Source of the DNA: an uncultured Nitrospirota bacterium
Lineage (GTDB): Bacteria > Nitrospirota > Thermodesulfovibrionia > Thermodesulfovibrionales > JdFR-85
DNA: 64,000 bases
Direction of reading: 5' to 3'
Assembly (NCBI GenBank): GCA_964515925.1
Contig: CAZEYP010000003.1
Span: 21,628-85,627, forward strand
Both the position numbers and the translations under genes were made by a program. Each line of letters begins with the position of its first letter. The stretch's first letter is position 1. This document shows, piece by piece, positions 48,025 to 58,347 of this stretch. The notes below the pieces were generated by a model. That model saw nothing but the letters and a program-made list of their open reading frames with translations, had not been told where the DNA came from and made no database searches.

Positions 48025-48990
48025 ATGTTACCCCGGTGGATTAAACGCATCTCAGTGGTAATACCTCTTTACAATGAAGAGGAAAATGTAGAGGAACTCC
48101 ACAGCAGGCTGAGCTCTGTGCTCACTACACAGTCCTTCGACTACGAGATAATCTATGTGGACGACGGTAGCACTGACCGAACACTTGAACTCTTAAAAGG
48201 GATTGCCAGTGAGGATAGTCATGTTCTGATTTTAAGCCTTAGAAGAAACTTTGGTCAGACAGCAGCCTTTGCAGCAGGTTTTGATTTTGCACGGGGCGAT
48301 GTGATTGTAACGATGGACGGAGACCTGCAGAACGATCCAAAGGACATCCCCAGACTGCTTGAAGAGATAGATGGCTGCGACCTTGTAAGCGGATGGCGTA
48401 AAGACCGTAAGGACCCTTTTCTGACAAGGAGACTTCCCTCCATGATTGCCAACTGGCTGATAAGCAAGGTAACAGGGGTGGAGCTTCATGACTATGGATG
48501 CTCCCTTAAGGCCTATCGCAGGGATGTAGTAAAAAACCTCAACCTCTACGGAGAGATGCACCGATTTATACCTGCAGTGGCAAGCTGGTATGGTGTCAGG
48601 GTTAAAGAGGTTGTCACTACACATCATCCGAGGCTCAGGGGTAAGTCCAAATACGGTATGTCAAGGACAGTGAAGGTGCTACTTGACCTGATAACCGTTA
48701 AGTTTCTGCAGAGTTTTTCAACAAAACCGATACAGTTTTTTGGTCCCTTCGGGCTGGCATCAGGCGGACTCGGTATTTTAATTTCAGCCTATCTAACATT
48801 AAGAAAGCTTTTCTTTGGTGAACATATTGGTGGTAGGCCACTTCTGCTTCTTGGGGTATTACTGATAATCGTAGGAATTCAGCTTATCGGGATGGGACTT
48901 ATCGGTGAAATGCTTGTTAGGGTGTATCATGAAAGCCAGAAAAAACCAATCTATGTAATCAAAGGTATCATTGGAAAAAAAGAAAAATAA
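48025..48990 (+). CDS. polyprenyl-phosphate glycosyltransferase (GT2, GtrB/ArnC-like, two C-terminal TM helices)
   Basis: VVIPLYNEEENV, YVDDGSTDRT and DGDLQNDP motifs. Confidence 0.85.
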   Translation: MLPRWIKRISVVIPLYNEEENVEELHSRLSSVLTTQSFDYEIIYVDDGSTDRTLELLKGIASEDSHVLILSLRRNFGQTAAFAAGFDFARGDVIVTMDGDLQNDPKDIPRLLEEIDGCDLVSGWRKDRKDPFLTRRLPSMIANWLISKVTGVELHDYGCSLKAYRRDVVKNLNLYGEMHRFIPAVASWYGVRVKEVVTTHHPRLRGKSKYGMSRTVKVLLDLITVKFLQSFSTKPIQFFGPFGLASGGLGILISAYLTLRKLFFGEHIGGRPLLLLGVLLIIVGIQLIGMGLIGEMLVRVYHESQKKPIYVIKGIIGKKEK

Positions 48991-49921
48991 CTCCCTTTAT
49001 TTTGCAATTAAGGCTATTGTAAGCCTCGCACTTTTGTTGTTAATATTCAAAAAAGCAGGCATTAACAGGGTAGCTGCTGTTATAGGAACGGTTAATCCCC
49101 TGTACTTCCTTTTCGCTTCACTAACCTATCTGTTTGGCCAGTTTATATCTTCCATAAGGTGGTGGGTACTGCTTCCAGATGAGATGAAACCTCCGGGATT
49201 GAGCATTTTCAGACTATATGGACTTTATCTTATGGGCTCCTTCTTCAATAATCTACTTCCAGGTATTGTTGGTGGTGATGCAATCAGGGTCTACTATCTT
49301 TATAAAGACGATATCAGAGGTGCAAATGCCTTTGGCTCTGTTTTTGCCGACCGTTATATTGGCTACTGTGCACTTATTACATTGGGTATTGTATCCATTC
49401 CCTTTGTTTATGATAGGCTCAGAGAGCCAGAAGTGGTAATGGCAATACCGGCTGTGGCATTGGCCTTTATCATAGCAAGTATCCTGCTGTTTGGTTTCAG
49501 GTGGGGGCAGAGGTTTAAATCTATCAGGGGTTTTTATAGCTATATCTTCACTTTAAAAAGTGCCCCACGCAGACTTTTATATGCATATCTTTTATCTATT
49601 GCTATTCAGATGGCTGCAATCACATCAGTGTTTTTTGTGGTGCAGGCACTGAGGGTGAATGTAAACATGATGGAGCTATTGTTTTTCATGCCACTTGTTA
49701 TAACATTTTCTTCTATTCCTGTTTCTATCTCAGGACTAGGACTCAGAGAGGGCTCTTTTGTTTTATTGCTATCAATGGTTGGAATCAGTTCGGATGTGGC
49801 AACAGCCATCTCACTGCTCTGGTTTCTCTCCTATCTGGTGGGCTCACTGCCAGGTTTACCAATATATCTCAAGTGGTCGTCTATAGGAGGTAGAACAGAT
49901 GAAACGAGTTTCATCAGGTGA
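48971..49921 (+). CDS. flippase-like / lysylphosphatidylglycerol-synthase TM-region family membrane protein (UPF0104)
   Basis: About 8 TM helices and an LPGIVGGDAIRVYYL motif. Overlaps the GT2 gene by 20 nt. Confidence 0.7.
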   Translation: MEKKKNNSLYFAIKAIVSLALLLLIFKKAGINRVAAVIGTVNPLYFLFASLTYLFGQFISSIRWWVLLPDEMKPPGLSIFRLYGLYLMGSFFNNLLPGIVGGDAIRVYYLYKDDIRGANAFGSVFADRYIGYCALITLGIVSIPFVYDRLREPEVVMAIPAVALAFIIASILLFGFRWGQRFKSIRGFYSYIFTLKSAPRRLLYAYLLSIAIQMAAITSVFFVVQALRVNVNMMELLFFMPLVITFSSIPVSISGLGLREGSFVLLLSMVGISSDVATAISLLWFLSYLVGSLPGLPIYLKWSSIGGRTDETSFIR

Positions 49922-50708
49922 AAACCCAACGGTCAAGAGATTACTAAAGGTCATAAACAAACCAGAGAGGTTTGCCCCTCGTTATGGCGTGCAAGAAGGA
50001 GAGGTAATTGTAGAGGGCCCAAGGGTCATTGAGATGGCACTTCAGGCAGGGATAAAGATTACCCATGTGGCGGTTACAGAGGAGTTTATTGGAAGCAATG
50101 AAAGCACTATCCTTCTTGACAGATTGCTTGGACTGGGTGTTTACACAGTGGTACTTGAAAAGAATGCCCTGAAGAGGCTTTCACAAACCGTCACTCCACA
50201 GGGCATAATAGCTCTGTGCAGGGTAGGGGCATCGGAGATGTCGGAACTCCCGCATGAGCCTGTGGTGGTTGTTGACAGGATTCAGGACCCGGGCAACATG
50301 GGAACCCTCATTAGAACCACAGATGCAGCAGGGTTTAAGATGGCTGTTGTGCTGAAGGGCTCTGTGTCTCCCTATAATCCCAAGTCAATAAGGGCAAGTG
50401 CCGGGAGTGTGTTTAATCTGAAAATAGCCTTTGCAACCGCTGAGGAACTCCTCTTGCTTGCCTCTTCAGAGAATCGGAGGGTTGTTGGGACTGACCTGAA
50501 GGGAGATGTAGGTCTTTACGATTATAAACCTCAGGGAAAAGAGCTTGTGGTCTTTGGAAACGAAACCAGAGGTATAAGCGAAGAGATAAAAAGGGCCTCA
50601 GAGGTGCTCGTAAGGATTCCTATTTACGGGAAGGCTGAAAGCCTCAATGTAGGCTGCTCTGCAGCTGTGTTTCTCTATGAGCTTAGACAAAGGCTTTCTT
50701 TGGGTTAG
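49899..50708 (+). CDS. SpoU/TrmH family RNA 2'-O-methyltransferase (RlmB-like)
   Basis: DRIQDPGNMGTLIRT, VFGNETRGIS and ESLNVGCSAAVFLYE motifs. Confidence 0.8.
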   Translation: MKRVSSGENPTVKRLLKVINKPERFAPRYGVQEGEVIVEGPRVIEMALQAGIKITHVAVTEEFIGSNESTILLDRLLGLGVYTVVLEKNALKRLSQTVTPQGIIALCRVGASEMSELPHEPVVVVDRIQDPGNMGTLIRTTDAAGFKMAVVLKGSVSPYNPKSIRASAGSVFNLKIAFATAEELLLLASSENRRVVGTDLKGDVGLYDYKPQGKELVVFGNETRGISEEIKRASEVLVRIPIYGKAESLNVGCSAAVFLYELRQRLSLG

Positions 50709-50932
50709 TCTGTCATTGTCTTTTCTTCTCTCCAGACTTCAATGGCAACATCAGGGCATATCTCTGCACAGAGGGCACATCCTGTGCACTGCTGTGGGGT
50801 TACTGCCTCTGCTATAAAGTAACCCGAGGCACTGAGGGTCTCCCCGAGTTTGAGCACACCCTTAGGGCAGGTCAAAACGCAGTAACCACAGCCCTTGCAT
50901 CTGGTTATGTCTATTTCTACTTTACCTTTCAT
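50705..50932 (-). CDS. 2x[4Fe-4S] ferredoxin
   Basis: CKGCGYCVLTCP and CTGCALCAEICP motifs. Confidence 0.8.
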   Translation of the reverse strand: MKGKVEIDITRCKGCGYCVLTCPKGVLKLGETLSASGYFIAEAVTPQQCTGCALCAEICPDVAIEVWREEKTMTD

Positions 50933-50944
50933 TAGTATTCTATT

Positions 50945-52594
50945 CTAACATATCTGCCTCTTCTGTAGCAGTTCCTCTGCATGTTTCAGGGATGTCTCTG
51001 TCACCGAGCCGCTGAGCATTCTTGCAATCTCTCTTGTTCTCTCTTCTTCAGATAAGACATCTATGCTAAAGTGGGTGCTCTGCTTTTTTTCCTTCTTTGT
51101 TACACGAAGGTGATGGTCAGCCAGAGAGGCAATCTGGGCGAGATGGGTAATGCAGATAACCTGATGCAGCCTGGAGATATCAAGAAGTTTTGCACCCAGG
51201 GCTTCTGCAGTTTTCCCCCCAATTCCAGCATCTACCTCATCGAAGACCAGCACGGGCACCCCTTCTGAAGATGCAAAGATGCCTTTAATGGCAAGCATTA
51301 CCCTTGATAGCTCACCTCCGGAGGCAACCCTGTTGAGTGGCTTTACAGGCTGGCCAGGATTGGCAGAAAAGACAAACTCCACACCCTCAAGCCCGTGCTC
51401 TGAAATGCCCGTATCTTTCAGACTTACGCTGAAACGGGCATTCTTCATTGCAAGGTCCTTCAGGGTTTCAGTAACCAGCCTTTCTATTTCCTTTGCGGCT
51501 CTTTTTCTCTCCTCACTTAAAAGCTTTGCCCTGTCCATAAGATGTTTTTCTGTTTCTTCTATATCTTCTGCAAGATGACCCTCTGTTTCTTCCATACCAA
51601 GAAGCTCATCAAGTTCCTTTTTTGCAGTATCCCTGTACTGGAGTATCTCCTCAATGGTGTCACCGTATTTTCTTTTCAGCTTTTCAATCTGCTCAAGCCT
51701 GTTTTCAATCTGCTCAAGCCTCAAAGAGTCAGCCTCGTAGGTATCCCTCAGCCCTCTAAGTTCGTGGGCTGCTTCATATAAGAGTGCCTCTGCATCATCT
51801 ATCATCTTCAGCACTGAAGAGGCAGAGTCATCAATCTTTAATATATCCTCTATGGATTGTTTTATTACAGACAGGGTGTCAAGCACCGAGTCTTCCTGCT
51901 CCTTGAGCCTGTTAAGTGAGCCCTCTGTTAGTTGCACAAGATGAGTAAGGTTTCTCTGAACCTCTCGCTCTTTAATGAGCTCATCTAATTCCTCGACACT
52001 CAGGTCTGCCTGATCAATCTCCGCTATCTGGTACTGAAGGAGGTCAATCCGCTGGCTTCGCTCTCTTGCCCTTTGTTTCAGCTCATAAAGGGTCTTTTTA
52101 AGGCTTCTAAGCTTCAGATAAAGCCCTCTTACCTCCTCTGCAAGCTCAGTAAGCCCACCAAAGCTGTCTAATAGATACTGTTGAACAGCAGGTTTAAGAA
52201 GGCTCTGGTGTTCATGCTGGCCATGGATGTCTATTAACTGTTCACCCACTGCTGACAGGCTTTTGAGGGAGATGGCCCTGTCGTTTATATATGCCCTGCC
52301 TTTACCGTTTTTTGAGATTATCCTTCTAATTATAAGCAGGTCCTCATCGGTTGAGATACTTTCAGGAAGGCTTACTCCATCAGGCAGTTCAAAGACTGCC
52401 TCTATTTCTGCCTCCTCTGCCAGGGGATGAATAAACTCTGCCCTTGCCCTTCCGCCAAGAACCAGCTCAAGGGCATTTATGATTAATGACTTTCCAGCAC
52501 CGGTCTCACCGGTAATTACATTAAGCCCCCTGTCGAAGGGAATCCTGGCTCTTTCAACGATTGCAAAGTTTCTGATAGAAAGTTCTCGAAGCAT
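50945..52594 (-). CDS. recN: DNA repair protein RecN
   Basis: Walker A GETGAGKS, a long coiled coil, the signature ASGGELSRVMLA, and VLVFDEVDAGIGG. Confidence 0.92.
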   Translation of the reverse strand: MLRELSIRNFAIVERARIPFDRGLNVITGETGAGKSLIINALELVLGGRARAEFIHPLAEEAEIEAVFELPDGVSLPESISTDEDLLIIRRIISKNGKGRAYINDRAISLKSLSAVGEQLIDIHGQHEHQSLLKPAVQQYLLDSFGGLTELAEEVRGLYLKLRSLKKTLYELKQRARERSQRIDLLQYQIAEIDQADLSVEELDELIKEREVQRNLTHLVQLTEGSLNRLKEQEDSVLDTLSVIKQSIEDILKIDDSASSVLKMIDDAEALLYEAAHELRGLRDTYEADSLRLEQIENRLEQIEKLKRKYGDTIEEILQYRDTAKKELDELLGMEETEGHLAEDIEETEKHLMDRAKLLSEERKRAAKEIERLVTETLKDLAMKNARFSVSLKDTGISEHGLEGVEFVFSANPGQPVKPLNRVASGGELSRVMLAIKGIFASSEGVPVLVFDEVDAGIGGKTAEALGAKLLDISRLHQVICITHLAQIASLADHHLRVTKKEKKQSTHFSIDVLSEEERTREIARMLSGSVTETSLKHAEELLQKRQIC

Positions 52595-52680
52595 TTTTTA
52601 ACTTCATTAAATTATTTTTATTTGTTTAATTATGATAAAATATCTTGGATTTTAAGTAAAAGGGGGAGATATAAAATAAT

Positions 52681-52821
52681 ATTGCGTTCATTGCGTTTAT
52701 TGCGTTAATTGTGTTTATCGGGTTCATTGCGTTCATTGAGTTTATCGCGTTAAATGGGTTTATTGGGATTGTGGTGGAGTGTTTTTACTACTCCCTACAC
52801 GCTACACCCTACACCCTGAAG
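52681..52821 (+). repeat. composite element: nonamer array (ATTGCGTTN x about 10) + TACACCC-type heptamers
   Basis: attgcgttc attgcgttt attgcgtta attgtgttt atcgggttc attgcgttc attgagttt atcgcgtta aatgggttt, then tactccc tacacgc tacaccc tacaccc tgaag. Confidence 0.9.
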
Positions 52822-52833
52822 TTATTTTAAGCT

Positions 52834-53526
52834 ATGCTTCTTGATAATATCAGCACCGTATACAAACGTATCTCCCATGCAGCCATGAGGGCAGGCCGTG
52901 ACCCCTCTGAGGTGGAGCTTATTGCTGTTACAAAGACGGTTCCTGCTGAAAAGATAAAAGAAGCCATAGACCTTGGTGTGAGACTGATTGGAGAAAACAG
53001 GGTTCAGGAGGCAAAGGAAAAGATTGAGGAGTTAAGAGATAAGATACCCGAGACTGTTCAATGGCACATGATAGGACATCTACAGAAAAATAAAGTTCGA
53101 CCAGCGGTGATGCTTTTTGATATGATACAGTCTGTAGATAGCCTTTCTCTTGCTGAGAGAATAAACCGTATAGCGACAGAATACGGGAAGGTACAGAGGG
53201 TGCTTGTTCAGGTAAAACTCTCGGAGGAAGAGACGAAACACGGAATTGAAGAAAGGGAGCTTGAGCACTTACTTGCTGAAATAAGGGGTATGGAAAACCT
53301 GCTGGTTGAGGGGCTTATGACCATTCCTCCCTATTTTGAAGACCCTGAGCTGGTAAGAACCTACTTCAGGAGATTAAGGCAGTTAAAGGAACAGATGAAC
53401 CAGCGGGGATTTAACCTCAGGCACCTTTCAATGGGCATGTCTGGAGATTATGAGGTTGCCATTGAAGAGGGTGCAACTATGGTAAGAGTGGGAACAGCAA
53501 TCTTTGGAAGGAGGATTTATAAATGA
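52834..53526 (+). CDS. yggS: YggS family pyridoxal-phosphate homeostasis protein
   Basis: LIAVTKT (PLP Lys), IGHLQKNK and LSMGMSGDYEVAIEEGATMVRVGTAIFG. Confidence 0.87.
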   Translation: MLLDNISTVYKRISHAAMRAGRDPSEVELIAVTKTVPAEKIKEAIDLGVRLIGENRVQEAKEKIEELRDKIPETVQWHMIGHLQKNKVRPAVMLFDMIQSVDSLSLAERINRIATEYGKVQRVLVQVKLSEEETKHGIEERELEHLLAEIRGMENLLVEGLMTIPPYFEDPELVRTYFRRLRQLKEQMNQRGFNLRHLSMGMSGDYEVAIEEGATMVRVGTAIFGRRIYK

Positions 53527-54308
53527 TCGGTTTTATTGGTGGGGGTAACATGGCAGAGGCCATAATAAGGGGCCTCGTGAATGCAGAAAGAAGGGAGATT
53601 GTAGTTTCTGACCGGAGGGCCGATAGACTCAGGTATCTAAAAAAGAACTATTCTGTGGCCACCACAAAATCAAATAGTGAAGTTGTGAAGAGGTCGGAAA
53701 TAATCATACTTGCAGTAAAGCCTCAAAACATCGGTGAGGTAATGACAGAGATTGCACCTCTGGTAGATAATACAAAGCTTATAGTCTCAATTGCTGCAGG
53801 CATCAGGCTTTCGATGCTTACAGAGGAGCTTGGTACAGAGCGTGTTGTCAGGGTGATGCCAAATACACCTGCCTTTGTGGGTGAGGCAATGAGTGTGCTG
53901 TCTGCTGCTAAGGGTATAAAAAAGACCGACCTCAACAGGGTACTGGAGATCTTCAAGCTGATAGGCACTGCTGTGGTTCTTGATGAAGAGAAGATGGATG
54001 TGGTTACTGCCCTTAGTGGTAGTGGACCTGCCTTTGTTTCCTACTTCATTGAGTGCATGGCTGAGGCAGGTGTCAGGATGGGCCTGTCATTTGATGACGC
54101 CCTGAACCTGACGATAAAGACCTTTATCGGCACCTGCAGGATGATCGAAGAGGGAACATCTGTCTGGGAGCTCAAAAAGATGGTGACCTCTCCTGGTGGC
54201 ACCACTGCAGAGGGACTTTATGCAATGGAGGCCTCAGGGCTTAAAGGTATAATAAAATCTGCCATAGAGGCCGCTACCCTGAGGGCAGAGGAACTAAGCA
54301 GGAGGTAA
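53523..54308 (+). CDS. proC: pyrroline-5-carboxylate reductase
   Basis: IGFIGGGNMAEA, RVMPNTPA and VTSPGGTT motifs. Confidence 0.92.
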   Translation: MIGFIGGGNMAEAIIRGLVNAERREIVVSDRRADRLRYLKKNYSVATTKSNSEVVKRSEIIILAVKPQNIGEVMTEIAPLVDNTKLIVSIAAGIRLSMLTEELGTERVVRVMPNTPAFVGEAMSVLSAAKGIKKTDLNRVLEIFKLIGTAVVLDEEKMDVVTALSGSGPAFVSYFIECMAEAGVRMGLSFDDALNLTIKTFIGTCRMIEEGTSVWELKKMVTSPGGTTAEGLYAMEASGLKGIIKSAIEAATLRAEELSRR

Positions 54309-54313
54309 GTGAG

Positions 54314-54622
54314 ATGTTTGTGCTTGGAAATCTTTTTATAGCACTGGGCAATGTTTTAGACATTCTGCTTAACATATACATGTGGGTGCTGATTATTTCT
54401 GCCCTGATAAGCTGGGTAAATCCAGACCCCTACAATCCCATAGTGCGTTTACTTTATGGTATAACCGAGCCGGTTTTAAGGCCCATAAGGAGGCGTCTCG
54501 GTGTCTTTGGGGGTATTGACTTCTCGCCTCTTATTGCCATACTGGTGATAGTGTTTTTAAGGTCCTTTATTGTAAGCAGTTTGATAGAACTTGGTTATAA
54601 ACTGAAAGGAGGTCCACTATGA
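54314..54622 (+). CDS. yggT: YggT family membrane protein
   Basis: ISALISWVNPDPYNP...TEPVLRPIRR...GIDFSP pattern. Confidence 0.78.
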   Translation: MFVLGNLFIALGNVLDILLNIYMWVLIISALISWVNPDPYNPIVRLLYGITEPVLRPIRRRLGVFGGIDFSPLIAILVIVFLRSFIVSSLIELGYKLKGGPL

Positions 54623-55161
54623 GAATTACCCCCATGGATATTCAGCAAAAGCAGTTTCCAATAAAGTTCCGGGGGTTTGATGTGGAGGAGGTTTATGCCT
54701 TCTTAGAGGTGGTGCGTGAGGAGATGGAAGACCTTCTCAGAGAAAATGCCACCCTGAAGGAAAAGCTGCACAAAACAGAGGCGCAACTTCAGGAATACAG
54801 AGACATGGAAAACACCCTCAGAGAGACCCTTATGACAGCACAGCAGATGGTAGAGGATTACAAAAACAATGCCCGTAAAGAGGCTGAGCTTATCATAAGG
54901 GAGGCAGAACTAAAGGCTGATGCTATAATCAAGGAAGCTCAGGAAAAGATGGTAAAGATACACGAGGATATTGTTGACCTGAAGGGAATCCGTACACACT
55001 TCAAGGAAGAACTGAGGCGGCTTATAGAGAGCCATCTCAGGATGCTGGAGTTTGATGATGTAAGGGAATCTGAAGAGGCCGGTGAGCCCGAAGAGGTAGC
55101 AACAGAGACAGAGTCTTTTGAGGAGGAGTTAGAAGGAGAGGATGAAGTACAGGAGTATTAA
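54619..55161 (+). CDS. DivIVA domain protein
   Basis: MRITPMDIQQKQFPIKFRGFDVEEV N-terminal DivIVA motif followed by a coiled coil. Confidence 0.8.
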   Translation: MRITPMDIQQKQFPIKFRGFDVEEVYAFLEVVREEMEDLLRENATLKEKLHKTEAQLQEYRDMENTLRETLMTAQQMVEDYKNNARKEAELIIREAELKADAIIKEAQEKMVKIHEDIVDLKGIRTHFKEELRRLIESHLRMLEFDDVRESEEAGEPEEVATETESFEEELEGEDEVQEY

Positions 55162-56407
55162 GGGAGTTCAGGATATACTGCCTCCAGAGACCTTTCTATG
55201 GCAGTTTGTTGAACAGTCAGCAAAAGAGGTGTTTTCACTCTACGGGTTTAAGGAGATAAGGACACCCATACTTGAGTTTACGGAGCTTTTTATTCGTGGC
55301 ATTGGTGAGACCACTGACATTGTTGAAAAGGAGATGTACACCTTCTCCGACAGGGCTGGAAGAAGCCTTACCATGAGGCCTGAGGGGACTGCATCTGTTG
55401 TGAGGGCCTACATACAGCACAACCTCAACCAGCTTCCAGCACCGCAGAAGTTCTATTACATGGGGCCAATGTTCCGTTATGAGAGACCACAGAAGGGCAG
55501 ATTGAGGCAGTTTCACCAGATCGGTGTGGAGGTCTTCGGAGCCTCCTCACCCGAGGTAGATGCTGAGCTGATAGAGATGCTGGTTATGTTCCTTGAAAGG
55601 GTAGGGCTTGAGGGGCTCAGTGTCGAGGTAAACTCTATTGGCTGCAGTAGCTGCAGGCCAGGCTATAGAGAAAAACTAATTGCATACCTTAAGAAGGGGA
55701 TTGATGGGCTCTGTTCTGACTGTCAGCGCAGATATAATCAGAACCCACTAAGAGTGCTTGACTGTAAGGTGCCTTCTTGCAAGGAATATGTAAAAGGGGC
55801 TCCAGAAATTCTGGATTTCATCTGCGATGAATGTAAAGCACATTTTATGGGTTTCCAGGAGGCATTAAAAAAACTGGGCATTTCATACAGGGTAAATCCA
55901 GAGATGGTGCGTGGGCTTGATTACTACACAAGGACCACCTTTGAAGTGACCTCCACCTCTCTGGGTGCACAGAATGCGGTTGCAGCAGGAGGACGTTATG
56001 ATAGACTGGTTGAGGAGTTTGGCGGGCCATCAACGCCTGCTGTGGGATTTGCCATTGGAATAGAAAGACTCATAGCACTTCTTAAAGACAGTAAAGAGGT
56101 GACCGACATTGGTCCGCAGGTTACCTTTGTCAGCATTGGTGACGATGCCAGAGATATTGCCTTTCAGTTGCTTTCAAAGGTAAGGAAAGAGGGGATAAGG
56201 GCAGACATGGACCTTCGAGGAGCCTCTGTTAAAAGCCAGATGCGTCGGGCTGATAAGTTAGGCTCCAGGGCAGTTGTTATAATAGGCGAGGATGAGTTGA
56301 AACGCAGGATGTTTAAATTCAAGGATATGAAGGACTCAGAGGAAAGGGAGATTGCACAGGAAGAGTTAATTGGATTTCTCAAGCACTTCTTTGGTGGTAA
56401 TGGTTAG
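55142..56407 (+). CDS. hisS: histidine--tRNA ligase
   Basis: GVQDILP, MRPEGTASVVR, FRYERPQKGRLRQFHQ and GGRYD motifs. Confidence 0.95.
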   Translation: MKYRSIKGVQDILPPETFLWQFVEQSAKEVFSLYGFKEIRTPILEFTELFIRGIGETTDIVEKEMYTFSDRAGRSLTMRPEGTASVVRAYIQHNLNQLPAPQKFYYMGPMFRYERPQKGRLRQFHQIGVEVFGASSPEVDAELIEMLVMFLERVGLEGLSVEVNSIGCSSCRPGYREKLIAYLKKGIDGLCSDCQRRYNQNPLRVLDCKVPSCKEYVKGAPEILDFICDECKAHFMGFQEALKKLGISYRVNPEMVRGLDYYTRTTFEVTSTSLGAQNAVAAGGRYDRLVEEFGGPSTPAVGFAIGIERLIALLKDSKEVTDIGPQVTFVSIGDDARDIAFQLLSKVRKEGIRADMDLRGASVKSQMRRADKLGSRAVVIIGEDELKRRMFKFKDMKDSEEREIAQEELIGFLKHFFGGNG

Positions 56408-57082
56408 TGTCCATTTTCCTCTTCTGGTTTTATATTGAAGCGACTCTTGTAATAACCTTAAAAATTCAGTTCTTCTGACCTCCCTGGCACCGAAGCGTTT
56501 CAGGTGCTCTGTGGTTACCTGACAGTCTATCAATCGAAATCCCCACTTCTTGAACTGTTTTACTGCAAAAACAAAGGCCACCTTTGAGGCATTGGATACC
56601 CTTGTAAACATGGACTCACCAAAAAAGGCACTCCCAAGAGAGACTCCGTATAGCCCTCCTGCCAGTTCACCTCCATACCAGGCCTCCACTGAGTGGGCAT
56701 ATCCAAGCTCATGAAGCCTGATATAGGCATCAATCATGGAAGTGGTTATCCAGGTGTCGCCGTCTCTGGAGCTGTGAACTTCAGCACATGCCCTGATTAC
56801 TTCTGAAAAGGCTTTATCAAGTGTGATGTTGAAGCTCGCTTTTTTAATGGTCTGTCGCAAGCTCCTTGATACCCTGAGTTCATCAGGAAGAAGTATTAGC
56901 CTGGGGTCAGGTGACCACCAGAGTATCTCTGTGTCCTCAGTAAACCAGGGGAATATGCCCTCTCTGTAGGCAAGCAGTAATCTTTCCGGGCTCAGGTCAC
57001 CTCCAACAGCAAGCAGCCCATCGTACTCTGCTAACTCCACAGGCGGAAATATCAGCTCTTCTGACAAAAGAAATACAGGCAT
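56366..57082 (-). CDS. aat: leucyl/phenylalanyl-tRNA--protein transferase
   Basis: LLLAYREGIFPWF, WWSPDPR and GESMFTRVSNASKVA motifs. ATG 57082 gives the normal N-terminus; the track extension to 57295 is rejected. Confidence 0.85.
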   Translation of the reverse strand: MPVFLLSEELIFPPVELAEYDGLLAVGGDLSPERLLLAYREGIFPWFTEDTEILWWSPDPRLILLPDELRVSRSLRQTIKKASFNITLDKAFSEVIRACAEVHSSRDGDTWITTSMIDAYIRLHELGYAHSVEAWYGGELAGGLYGVSLGSAFFGESMFTRVSNASKVAFVFAVKQFKKWGFRLIDCQVTTEHLKRFGAREVRRTEFLRLLQESLQYKTRRGKWTLTITTKEVLEKSN

Positions 57083-57106
57083 AACTACACTCTGCCCCCT
57101 GCCTTT

Positions 57107-57115
57107 TGATATAAT
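57107..57115 (+). promoter_or_regulatory. extended -10 element (TGATATAAT) 9 nt upstream of ATG 57125
   Basis: Matches TGnTATAAT. No SD before the start codon. Confidence 0.45.
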
Positions 57116-57124
57116 TTCACTGTT

Positions 57125-58345
57125 ATGAAAAGGACAATATTTATTATAACGGTTTTTCTTTTCCTTGTTCCCGCCTACTGCTTTGCGAAGACCTACAGTG
57201 TGCAGACAGCAACCTATGCCCTTTTGGCAAGAACCTATGCCTTCAGGCATTTTGATTACATGGAAAAGTTTATCAAAGACTCTCCAGGGCTTCATGTAAG
57301 ATTACTTAAGGGAAAAAAGTACCTCGTTGTAAGGGTTGGAGACTTTAACAGTTACAAAGAAGCTCTGGTATTTATAAAAAAGTTATGGGGTGTGGTCAAA
57401 GACCCCTTTGTCCTTGACAACACAAAGGAAAATGAGATGGAGGTACTAAAGGAGAAAGGCATTGAGAAAGTAGAGACTGTAAAGAATAAAGGGTTAAAAA
57501 AGTCTTCCACTGAGAGAGTTTTAAATAAGCCTGAGAAATCAAAAAGCAGGATTGAAGAACGAGTCGTATACACCATTGAGCTTCAGACTTATAAGAAGTT
57601 AAGGCGGGCAATAAAAGAGTATAAAAGGGTAGAGAAAATCCTGCGTAAAGACGACCTTAAAACATTAAGACTGGAGCGACACGGCGACCACTATAGCCTT
57701 CGTGTTGGAGCCTTCAATACATACGGGGAGGCAAGAAGTTTTCTCAAAGACTATAAAGACAAACTCAACGGATTAATAATTCAGGCTAAATATGGTCCAA
57801 AAGGGGTGGTGCTTTCCTATAAGGATACTGAAACAATTGAAGAAAGTGAAAATAAATCTGAAAAGGGCAAGCAGAAAGAGGTAGAGCAGATAATCGCCAC
57901 TGTAGAGAGCCAGCTTGATGACGAGGACTTTGGCAGGGCAGCATCAGTGCTCCGTGAGGCTGTCATGCGGTGGCCAGACAATCCTGAACTTCATGCCCTT
58001 TATGGAGAGACCTTGCTAAACATGGGGTTTACAACCAATGCCTACAGGGAATATAAAAAGGCCATTGAGATCTCTCCAGATGTAAGCGAATATCACTCAG
58101 GGCTTGGCTACAGTTTGCTTAACATCTATATGGAAAAGGCTCAGCAGGCAATTGATGCATTTAAGAAGGCACTTGAGATTGACCCCGACAATGTGGATGC
58201 CCTGGAGGGACTTGGCACTGTATATGTGAGTATAGACAGGCGAGACCTGGCTGAAGAGATATATCAGCGACTGAAGGAGCTTGACCCGGTTGCAGCAAGA
58301 AGGCTGAGAGATGTTATAGACTCAGGCCTGCAGATAGGGAGATGA
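57125..58345 (+). CDS. secreted protein with two SPOR-like domains and C-terminal TPR repeats
   Basis: Signal peptide. Two repeats of the type YSVQTATY...VVRVGDFNSYKEA and YTIELQTY...SLRVGAFNTYGEA. TPR-like ...AYREYKKAIEISPD... / ...AIDAFKKALEIDPDN... Confidence 0.65.
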   Translation: MKRTIFIITVFLFLVPAYCFAKTYSVQTATYALLARTYAFRHFDYMEKFIKDSPGLHVRLLKGKKYLVVRVGDFNSYKEALVFIKKLWGVVKDPFVLDNTKENEMEVLKEKGIEKVETVKNKGLKKSSTERVLNKPEKSKSRIEERVVYTIELQTYKKLRRAIKEYKRVEKILRKDDLKTLRLERHGDHYSLRVGAFNTYGEARSFLKDYKDKLNGLIIQAKYGPKGVVLSYKDTETIEESENKSEKGKQKEVEQIIATVESQLDDEDFGRAASVLREAVMRWPDNPELHALYGETLLNMGFTTNAYREYKKAIEISPDVSEYHSGLGYSLLNIYMEKAQQAIDAFKKALEIDPDNVDALEGLGTVYVSIDRRDLAEEIYQRLKELDPVAARRLRDVIDSGLQIGR

Positions 58346-58347
58346 AC

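Noticed and set aside
56366-56407. The 42-nt convergent overlap of the hisS and aat 3' ends, plus smaller convergent overlaps at 13840-13846 and 50705-50708.
   Set aside because: These are consistent with compact genome organisation. There is no additional structure or conserved motif in the overlaps to suggest a function.
56366-57295. N-terminally extended track ORFs taken at face value: aat to 57295, adh from 4311, O-methyltransferase from 46911, DgkA-PAP2 to 29630, clpA to 60685 and PilZ-MT to 24492.
   Set aside because: The extensions run through repeats, promoters or neighbouring genes and lack homology. Internal ATGs with an SD, or with proper family N-termini, give the expected protein lengths.
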